From an uncultured Methylomirabilota bacterium (GTDB lineage Bacteria; Methylomirabilota; Methylomirabilia; Methylomirabilales; 2-02-FULL-66-22), in contig OY970067.1 in the NCBI GenBank assembly GCA_963705305.1, positions 1,920,001 to 1,984,000 of the forward strand: a stretch of DNA of 64,000 nt, in the 5' to 3' direction. The notes beneath the pieces were generated by a model that did not search any database, was not told the origin of the DNA, and saw nothing but the letters and a program-made list of their open reading frames with translations. Of this stretch, positions 57,008 to 64,000 are shown one piece after another. Within the stretch, counting starts at the first letter, position 1; each line of letters opens with the position of its first letter. Made by a program: the position numbers and the translations under genes.

Positions 57008-57868
57008 ATGGTCGCTCAACTGCTGATTAAGGGTCTATCGCTTGGCGCTATCTATGCGGTAATCGCGATCGGCTTCTGCTTGCTGTGGCAGACCTCCCGA
57101 CTGGTAAACTTTGCGCAGGGAGAGTTCGTCACCGTCCCCGCCTTCCTCATGCTGCTCTTCTACACTGTCCTCAAGGTCCCCTTGCCGCTTGCCATCCTCT
57201 TCGGGATCCTTGGCGCGGTTCTCCTTTTGGGGCTGGTCGTCAAGAAAATCCTGGTCGATCCGCTCATTGTGAGAGGCCTCATGTTGTTTGTCGTCGCCAC
57301 CATTGCGTTCAGCTCTCTCATCAAGGATTCCCTCACCCTCTTTGTGACACCCGAGGCGCTGGCCTTCCCGGCCATGATTCCCCAGAAGCCTCTCCAGTAT
57401 GCGGGGGCGATGTTCTCCTCCCTTGATCTCTGGAACATCCTCGTGGCGGCTGTACTGATCATGAGCCTGCATCTGTTCATTCGAAGGACGAAATCGGGCA
57501 AGGCCTTACAATCTGTGGCCCAGAACCGCGAGGCGGCAGAGATCATGGGGATCGATGTCGAAAAGATGATTCTGCTCGCCTTTACCATCAATGCGGTGCT
57601 GGCCGCCTTTGCCGCAGCATTGGCAGCTCCGATCTACATGGTCAAGTACGACATGGGATATGAGCTTGGCCTCAAGGCCTTCTACTCGGCCATCATCGGT
57701 GGATTCAATCAGGTCAGGGGGGCCTTGTTGGGCGGGCTTCTGGTGGGGCTGATCGAGACGTTTACCGCCGCCTACATCTCGACACAGTACAAATCGGGAT
57801 TTGTCCTGATCGTGCTGATCGTCGTGATTCTCTTCAAGCCGGAGGGTTTGCTGGGTACCAAGGAATAG
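57008..57868 (+). CDS. Liv-type ABC permease (LivH-like) 2
   Basis: GAIYA..AIGF, VNFAQGE, KAFYSAIIGGFNQ; alternative GTG start at 56999. Confidence 0.92.
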   Translation: MVAQLLIKGLSLGAIYAVIAIGFCLLWQTSRLVNFAQGEFVTVPAFLMLLFYTVLKVPLPLAILFGILGAVLLLGLVVKKILVDPLIVRGLMLFVVATIAFSSLIKDSLTLFVTPEALAFPAMIPQKPLQYAGAMFSSLDLWNILVAAVLIMSLHLFIRRTKSGKALQSVAQNREAAEIMGIDVEKMILLAFTINAVLAAFAAALAAPIYMVKYDMGYELGLKAFYSAIIGGFNQVRGALLGGLLVGLIETFTAAYISTQYKSGFVLIVLIVVILFKPEGLLGTKE

Positions 57869-57906
57869 TCCGCACCCTAACAGAGCTGTCGGCGAAAGGG
57901 ATTCGT

Positions 57907-58887
57907 ATGGAAAATGTTCAACGCAGGATGGAAGCACGACATGTGCTCATTGGATGGCTCTGCACGCTCGCTGCTCTCCTGATCCCGGTGCTTTTTTTTA
58001 GATCGCAGTACCTCCTGTATATATGCAGCCTCACTTGCATTTATATGATCGGCGCCACCGGCCTGAACATTATCTTGGGCTACGCAGGCCAGATATCCCT
58101 GGCGCATGCCGCGTTCTATGGAATTGGAGCCTACGTCGTTGCCCTCGGAGCTCCTACCGTCTCGTTTTGGATTGCGCTTCCTTTGGCGGGGCTTGTGTGC
58201 TTTGTGATCGGATTGGCCCTCGGCTTTCCGGCGTTGCGGGTGAAGACGCATTTTCTGGCCATGGTGACCCTGGGGTTCAATATCATTGTGTACCTCATTC
58301 TCATCAACGAACAGAAGTGGACGGGAGGTCCATACGGGATATTTAATATTGAGCGGCCCAAAGTCGGTCTCCTGGCCTTCACTTCCGCTCGTGGATATCA
58401 GGTCCTCGTCGCCGTGGTGACGTGTGTGCTCCTGTTTCTCGCCTTTTGGCTCTTGAACTCGCAATGGGGGAGAGCCTTCAAGGCCATTCGGGAAAACGAG
58501 GCGCGAGGAGAAATGCTCGGCGTGAACGTACGCAATTATACCCTGATGGCGTTTGCCATCGGATCGAGTTTTGCCGGTCTTGGTGGAGCTTTGATCGCAC
58601 CACTCTTTGGCTATATTGATCCCACGATGTTTGCCCTGGGGTTCTCGTTCCAGTTTCTTCTCATGGTGGTCGTCGGAGGTGTCGGAAGATTCGAGGGTCC
58701 GCTGATCGGGGCGATGATCGTCGTGATCCTGCCCGAGTGTCTGCGGATTACGGACAAACTGTTCCCGATTCTCTATGCGCTGGCCGCTATGCTCATCTTG
58801 ATCTTCATGCCCAAAGGGATGGCAAGTGTGGTTGATTGGGGATACAAGAAATTGACGGGGAAGAATGAGTTGCTGCTGACGAAATAG
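57907..58887 (+). CDS. Liv-type ABC permease (LivM-like) 2
   Basis: GYAGQISLAHAAF, LAMVTLGF, GRAFKAIRENE. Confidence 0.92.
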   Translation: MENVQRRMEARHVLIGWLCTLAALLIPVLFFRSQYLLYICSLTCIYMIGATGLNIILGYAGQISLAHAAFYGIGAYVVALGAPTVSFWIALPLAGLVCFVIGLALGFPALRVKTHFLAMVTLGFNIIVYLILINEQKWTGGPYGIFNIERPKVGLLAFTSARGYQVLVAVVTCVLLFLAFWLLNSQWGRAFKAIRENEARGEMLGVNVRNYTLMAFAIGSSFAGLGGALIAPLFGYIDPTMFALGFSFQFLLMVVVGGVGRFEGPLIGAMIVVILPECLRITDKLFPILYALAAMLILIFMPKGMASVVDWGYKKLTGKNELLLTK

Positions 58888-58899
58888 ATAGGAGCCCCG

Positions 58900-59652
58900 A
58901 TGACTTCCAAGAGAGCACTCGAGGTTATGGGCTTGGAGAAACACTTTCAAGGGTTTGCGGCCTTAAAAGGGGTGGACTTGTACGTAAATGAAGGGGAGCT
59001 ATTTGGGCTCATAGGCCCGAATGGCTCGGGGAAAACGACCTTCTTCAACTGCGTGACAGGAGCTCTCAAATGCACGCGGGGGAAGGTGCTCTTCCAAGGA
59101 AAGGATGTCACAAATAAACCCCCGTATGCGCTTTACAGGATGGGGATTGGCAGGACATTTCAACTGATCGAGGCGTTTCCCCAGATGACGGTGCTGGACA
59201 ACATGCTCCTGGCGATTCAGGAGGGACAGGGCAGCATGTTCAGCCGCCTCTTTAAGTTCCGAGAGGATTCGAACGAAGCCAGGGCCGTCGAGTTGTTAGA
59301 GTTTCTGAGAATCGCGGTAGTCAAGGGCGAGTATGCAAGGGATCTCTCGTACGGCCAGCAGAAACTGCTGGATTTTGGCATGGTGCTGATGTCCCAGCCG
59401 AGGCTGATTCTCCTGGATGAGCCGACGTGCGGTGTAGAGATCGAGATGCGGGAACAGATGATGCACTATATCAGGGAGCTGAACAAGCGTGGCCATACGA
59501 TCGTTGTGATCGAGCATAATATGGATGTGGTGATGGGCCTGTGCGAGCGAATTGCCGTCCTGGATGCCGGAGAGAAGATCGCGGAAGGAAGCCCGGCAGA
59601 AATTCAGAACAACCAGAAGGTCATCAATTCGTACTTCGGGGCGGAGGAATGA
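58900..59652 (+). CDS. Liv-type ABC ATPase (LivG-like) 2
   Basis: GPNGSGKTT, GRTFQ, LSYGQQK, IEHNM. Confidence 0.93.
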   Translation: MTSKRALEVMGLEKHFQGFAALKGVDLYVNEGELFGLIGPNGSGKTTFFNCVTGALKCTRGKVLFQGKDVTNKPPYALYRMGIGRTFQLIEAFPQMTVLDNMLLAIQEGQGSMFSRLFKFREDSNEARAVELLEFLRIAVVKGEYARDLSYGQQKLLDFGMVLMSQPRLILLDEPTCGVEIEMREQMMHYIRELNKRGHTIVVIEHNMDVVMGLCERIAVLDAGEKIAEGSPAEIQNNQKVINSYFGAEE

Positions 59653-60365
59653 TGCTACAGATCAAGGAGCTCGTTTCCGGTTACGGGAAGTCGGAAGTCC
59701 TCCGCGGCGTGAGTCTGGATGTCAAAAAGGGGCAGATCGTCACGATTATCGGGCCAAACGGAGCAGGCAAGACGACACTGTTCCGGACCATCTTTGGCCT
59801 CCTGCCGGCCAGAAAAGGGCAGCTCCTGTTCGAGGAGGAGGACCTATCGAAATTATCGCCCTTGGCACGGTTGAAGAAGGGCATCGCGCTCGTCCCGCAG
59901 GGAAGGATGGTCTTTCCATACTTGACCGTCCTGGAGAATATGGAGATGGGGGCGTATACGGTCAAGAACGAGAAGCAGATCCAGGAGAGAATGGAGGAGT
60001 GCTACAGGCTATTCCCGGTTCTGCAGGAGAGGAAGCACCAGCGGGCAGGGACTCTCAGCGGCGGGGAGCAGCAGATGCTCGTGATCGCCCGGGCCCTGAT
60101 GAGCAAGCCCCGGTTCCTGATGCTGGACGAACCCTCGCTCGGGATTTCGCCACGTCTCGTCAAGGACATCTTCAAAACCATCCATATCATCAATCAAAAC
60201 GGGGAAACGACGATTGCCCTGGTTGAACAGAATGCCAACATTGCCTTGAAGGCTGCCCACTACGGGTATGTCATTGAGGGGGGCCAGGTGAAAATGAGCG
60301 GGTCGGCCCAGGACCTGCTCAACGATGAACGGGTAAAACATACCTATCTTGGGAAAAAAACATGA
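59649..60365 (+). CDS. Liv-type ABC ATPase (LivF-like) 2
   Basis: GPNGAGKTT, LSGGEQQML, LDEPSLG, VEQN. Confidence 0.93.
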   Translation: MMLQIKELVSGYGKSEVLRGVSLDVKKGQIVTIIGPNGAGKTTLFRTIFGLLPARKGQLLFEEEDLSKLSPLARLKKGIALVPQGRMVFPYLTVLENMEMGAYTVKNEKQIQERMEECYRLFPVLQERKHQRAGTLSGGEQQMLVIARALMSKPRFLMLDEPSLGISPRLVKDIFKTIHIINQNGETTIALVEQNANIALKAAHYGYVIEGGQVKMSGSAQDLLNDERVKHTYLGKKT

Positions 60366-60599
60366 TCCCCTGAATACCCGAATATAGGGAAGGAATGCCG
60401 GTGCGGCCCCTGGAATGCGCACCTGACGAGCGATTGTTCACCGGGTGTGGAATCGAGGATGGACGCCTTGGAATGAGGGCGGCTTGATGACCTCTGGAGG
60501 AGGAGGTGGTGCGATTGGAGGGCGCAAGGTGAGGAATCGGATAAACGTCATGAACTGTGCATACAATCAGCCGGGGTGCATGCGGGAAAGGAGAGGGCA

Positions 60600-61769
60600 A
60601 TGACGCGAAGGATCTTTGGGATCGGTGCTGTAGCAGCCATGATCTCACTCGTGCTTGCGAGCTTGAGTGTCGCAGCCGAGCCCGTAAAAATCGGCATCGT
60701 GTGCGAGCTGACAGGCTCCGGCGCGACCGATGGCATTCGCTTTCAACGCGGCGTGGTCATGGCGATGGACGACATCAACGCGAAGGGGGGAATGCTCGGA
60801 CGGCAGGTCGAGCAATTCAGCCTCGACACCAGGACAGAGCCGGCGGTCTCGGTCGCCGCGATGATGAAAGCCGTGGAACAGAAGCCGTTTGTCGTCATGG
60901 GGACCGTGTACAGCGGCTCCACCATTGTCAACATGAAGGTGTTGGAGCGGGCAGGCATCCCGCAATTCACAGGGTCCTCCGCGCCCGCCATAACCGAGCA
61001 GGGGAATCTGAATATCTTCCGAATGGAGCTCAACAGCGCGCTCGAGATGAAGGAGACCGTCAAGTGGCTCACGGATGTCTTGAAGACCAAGAAGCTGGCG
61101 ATCCTTTACAGCAGTGACGCCTTTGGGAAAGGATTGCGAGACCCCCTCGTGGAGCTCCTCAAGCCCCAGGGTGTGCAGATTGTTGCGGATGTCGTCAGCG
61201 AATTGGGACAGAGCGATTTCACGGGAGAGCTGGCGCGGGTCAAGGCCTCGGGGGCCGACACCTTGTTCCTTGCCGTCCATGAGGAGGAAACCGGCCGGGT
61301 ATTTCGCCAAGCGCGGGAAATCGGCCTGAACAAGATGATGCGGTTTGTCGGATCCAGCACACTTTTGACCACCGACGTCCTGCGGCTGGCAGGCGATGCC
61401 GCGGACGGGGCGCTCGCGCATGTTGGCCTGACCAATACCTCCCCGGCGATCATGCCGGTAGCGGCGCGATACGAAAAGAAGTACCAGGAGCAGCCGGACC
61501 ACAACTTCATGAAAGGGTATATTGGGCTGCAGATCGCGAACGCCGTCGTCGAGGAGACGAAATCGTTTGACCAGCAGAAGTTCCGGGATTTCCTCCATAA
61601 CCGGACCCTGTGCGCCAAGAAGCACCCGGGCATTCTGCTGGACGTCCATTACGACGGGAAGGGGGATTTTGACCGGGACACGTTCATCATCACCGCCAAG
61701 AATGGCAAGCAGGTTCTGCAGGGGACTCTCCCCGCGCTGGAGCCGGCACTGCTCGCGGAATGCAAGTAG
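60600..61769 (+). CDS. Liv/HAAT-type ABC substrate-binding protein 2
   Basis: Signal peptide; DINAKGGMLGR, DAFGKG, DFTGEL, PDHN..K.YIG shared with SBP 1. Confidence 0.9.
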   Translation: MTRRIFGIGAVAAMISLVLASLSVAAEPVKIGIVCELTGSGATDGIRFQRGVVMAMDDINAKGGMLGRQVEQFSLDTRTEPAVSVAAMMKAVEQKPFVVMGTVYSGSTIVNMKVLERAGIPQFTGSSAPAITEQGNLNIFRMELNSALEMKETVKWLTDVLKTKKLAILYSSDAFGKGLRDPLVELLKPQGVQIVADVVSELGQSDFTGELARVKASGADTLFLAVHEEETGRVFRQAREIGLNKMMRFVGSSTLLTTDVLRLAGDAADGALAHVGLTNTSPAIMPVAARYEKKYQEQPDHNFMKGYIGLQIANAVVEETKSFDQQKFRDFLHNRTLCAKKHPGILLDVHYDGKGDFDRDTFIITAKNGKQVLQGTLPALEPALLAECK

Positions 61770-62135
61770 GTCGCCGTACGCCGTTTGTGCTCGTGCAACC
61801 TTTCGGTTGCTGCTTCTACCCCTGATGATCGCGCGCTGGGCCCGCACCGCCGATTAGCGTTCCGGGCCCAGCGCCGCAAAAACCAGTCGCACGGCAAAGA
61901 CTGTGCTGCATCAAGGGTGAATGACTGAAACCAGGAAACACCAGGAGCCGTATCGAAGCCTCGATTTGATGCCACTGTAGTGGGCGCGTGGCCAGTCGGA
62001 GGTGCCTGCGCCTACACTCTCGTCACGCGAGGACGCAGCGTCCCTTTCGTCGAACGCGGCGAGCGCCCCGGCGCCGATCGGGAACACACGGGATTCACGT
62101 GCGAGTGAGACAGCTGCTCTGAAGAAGGGAGCTCA

Positions 62136-62603
62136 ATGATAACCGGTAAGTATTTCGAGGATTTCGTTCTAGGAGAAACAACTACATCTCCAGACAGGAC
62201 CATTACCGATGACGGCATCCGTCTATATTGCGAGACCGCGCAAATTGATCAGCCCATTCATAAGGATCCGCAGGCTTGCCTCGCACACTTCGGGCGGGCC
62301 AATCTGCTGGCACCCGGCATCATGATCGTTGGCATTGCAGATGCCATATTCTCCCAGCTTGTCAGTCCGGCCGTGCCGTATTCCCCGCATTATGGTTACG
62401 ACAAGATCCGCTTCATCAAGCCGGTGTTTGGCGGGGACATCCTGCATTGTGAATTCAAGTTGGCGGAGAAGCGCACACGCGACGGTCAGTACGGGGTGTT
62501 GACCTTTGAAACGTATGTGAAAACGCAGGATGGCGACCCGGTCATCTTCATCGTAGATAAGCTCTTGGTTGCCTATCGTAACGCCCTTCCTTCGAACACA
62601 TAG
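62136..62603 (+). CDS. MaoC-like dehydratase 2
   Basis: GKYFEDF..GE, RTITD, QPIH.D, YGYDKIRFIKPVF.GD. Confidence 0.88.
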   Translation: MITGKYFEDFVLGETTTSPDRTITDDGIRLYCETAQIDQPIHKDPQACLAHFGRANLLAPGIMIVGIADAIFSQLVSPAVPYSPHYGYDKIRFIKPVFGGDILHCEFKLAEKRTRDGQYGVLTFETYVKTQDGDPVIFIVDKLLVAYRNALPSNT

Positions 62604-62620
62604 GGCAAAGGAGGAAGACA

Positions 62621-64000
62621 GTGCATGCGGGAGTTAGAGCGGGAAGCGGTGTGGTTCCGATAATAAGCGCCGAGGAGGCCGTTGGTATGATCCAGGACGG
62701 CGATATCGTCGCCTTTGGCGGGACGGGCGGCGGCATTGCCGAGCCCACGGTGCTCATTGATGCGCTGGCTAACCGGTACAAGACAACACAAACCCCCAAG
62801 AACTTGACTTTTTTCCATGCCACAGGCCTAGGCGACCGTGCCGATAAAGGGATGTCGCCGCTCGCGCAAAAGGGGCTGGTCAAACGCCTCATCGGCGGCC
62901 ACTACGCGCAATCCGCCCGACTTGCGGAGATGGCAAATCGCAACGAGGTCGAGGCGTATAATTTTCCAATGGGTCTTATGACTCAGATGTATCGGGCGGC
63001 GGCGGCGAAGCAACCCGGGATACTCACGCATGTTGGGCTGGGGACGTTTCTCGACCCAAGGCAGCGGGGGGGGAAGGTCAATGAAGTAACTACGGAGGAG
63101 TTGGTCGAATTGTATGTCATCAACGGAAAGGAGTATCTCTTCTACCATTCGATTTTTCCAACGGTCGGCTTGCTCAGGGGGACAACGGCTGACGCAGAGG
63201 GATATCTGTCGATGGAAGACGAGGTAATGTACCTCGATAATCTTGCGCTGGCAACGGCCGTGCGCAACAGCGGCGGCAAGGTCTTCGCGCAGGTACAGCG
63301 CGTCGTCAAGAATCGGAGCCTTCACCCCAAAACGATCGTCGTTCCCGGATATCTCATCGATGCGCTGGTCGTGGTTCCGGATCAGACGCAGCTGTATGGG
63401 GCTCCGGTCAACCGCTTCATGTCCGGCGACTATATTCTTGAGGACAGCGCGGCCACTCCCATGCCTCTGAATGAGCGAAAGGTCATCGTGCGGCGCGCGC
63501 TCATGGAAGTTAAGCCCGGCGACGTCGGGAACATCGGCGTCGGCATAGCCGATGGAATAGGAATCGTCGCAAGAGAGGAAGGCGTCGATGAGGAGTTCAC
63601 GCTGACGGTCGAGACAGGACCAATCGGGGGGATTAGCGCGCAGGGTATCTTCTTTGGCGCGAGCGTGAACGTGCATGGCGTGATTGATATGCCGTCGATG
63701 TTCGATTTCTATGATGGGGGCGGGCTTGATATCTGCTTCCTCAGCTTTGCCGAGGTAGATCGCCACGGCAACGTGAACGTGCATAAATTTAGCGGTCAGT
63801 TGGTTGGGACGGGCGGTTTTGTGAATATCTCACAAAATACCCGCAAGGTCGTCTTTTGTGGGACGCTTCGGGCGGGAGGGTTGAAGGTCGGCATTGACGA
63901 CGGCGGACTGAAAATCCTCCAGGAAGGAAGGGTAGTCAAATTTGTCGATCAGTGCGATGAAATTACGTTCAACGGGCGTGACGCAATTGCGCGGGGGCAG
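62621..64000 (+). CDS. ydiF: YdiF-type acyl-CoA:acetate/3-ketoacid CoA-transferase; runs off the window and is absent from the ORF track
   Basis: AGGAGG RBS + GTG; translated by hand: TGLGDRADKG.SPLAQ.GLVK, GTFLDPRQ.GGK.NEVT, EDEVMYLD, QTQLYG.PVNRF.SGD, TVETGPIGG (catalytic Glu), GTGGF..IS; very close to E. coli YdiF as recalled. Confidence 0.9.
   Translation, partial: MHAGVRAGSGVVPIISAEEAVGMIQDGDIVAFGGTGGGIAEPTVLIDALANRYKTTQTPKNLTFFHATGLGDRADKGMSPLAQKGLVKRLIGGHYAQSARLAEMANRNEVEAYNFPMGLMTQMYRAAAAKQPGILTHVGLGTFLDPRQRGGKVNEVTTEELVELYVINGKEYLFYHSIFPTVGLLRGTTADAEGYLSMEDEVMYLDNLALATAVRNSGGKVFAQVQRVVKNRSLHPKTIVVPGYLIDALVVVPDQTQLYGAPVNRFMSGDYILEDSAATPMPLNERKVIVRRALMEVKPGDVGNIGVGIADGIGIVAREEGVDEEFTLTVETGPIGGISAQGIFFGASVNVHGVIDMPSMFDFYDGGGLDICFLSFAEVDRHGNVNVHKFSGQLVGTGGFVNISQNTRKVVFCGTLRAGGLKVGIDDGGLKILQEGRVVKFVDQCDEITFNGRDAIARGQ

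Noticed and set aside
61885..61960. c-di-GMP-I riboswitch suggested by GGCAAA
   Set aside because: The GAAA tetraloop, GACGCAAAG and P2 receptor elements are not found.
62828..63784. 318-aa minus-strand ORF, the only long ORF-track call here
   Set aside because: It is antisense to the YdiF-like gene on the + strand, which the track missed because it has no stop inside the window.

Overview
This is a GC-rich bacterial window made almost entirely of catabolic and transport genes. I found no rRNA, tRNA, CRISPR array, transposase or integrase. Left part (1-22.5 kb, highest GC): the end of a GH31 glycosidase, an SDR, a CoA-disulfide reductase-rhodanese, an amidohydrolase divergent from a transporter / hydantoinase-A-like / HExxH trio, a Zn-ADH plus sugar ABC operon, a TetR-HlyD-ABC-2 efflux operon and an AroK-AroB fusion. 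From about 23 kb to the end there is a mosaic catabolic island of about 41 kb. It holds two GntR paralogues, a TRAP and two Liv-type ABC importers, EtfBA, an acyl-CoA dehydrogenase, a FadF/EMO-like Fe-S membrane protein, two AroE-like dehydrogenases and AroQ. It also holds a LigK-type aldolase, an Ldh_2 dehydrogenase, a cupin, an IolN-like ring hydrolase, an AOR, a crotonase, two MaoC proteins, a class III CoA-transferase, a FabK/NMO-like enzyme and a close YdiF homologue. Best candidate for an undescribed system (inference): an oxygen-independent, hydrolytic ring-opening route for quinate/shikimate ending in 4-carboxy-4-hydroxy-2-oxoadipate (CHA), then pyruvate + oxaloacetate (38.1-46.8 kb), beside a CoA/ETF-dependent hydroaromatic branch resembling the E. 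coli ydi locus. Non-coding signals: 11-bp-phased TAT(A) arrays at three promoters, a three-copy palindromic element with a heptamer core, a CTAG-flanked MITE, two duplicated gene tails, an internally deleted ydiF copy, two single-base frameshifts and a possible rod-shaped ncRNA. All family calls come from motif recognition and recalled sequences; no database search was run.
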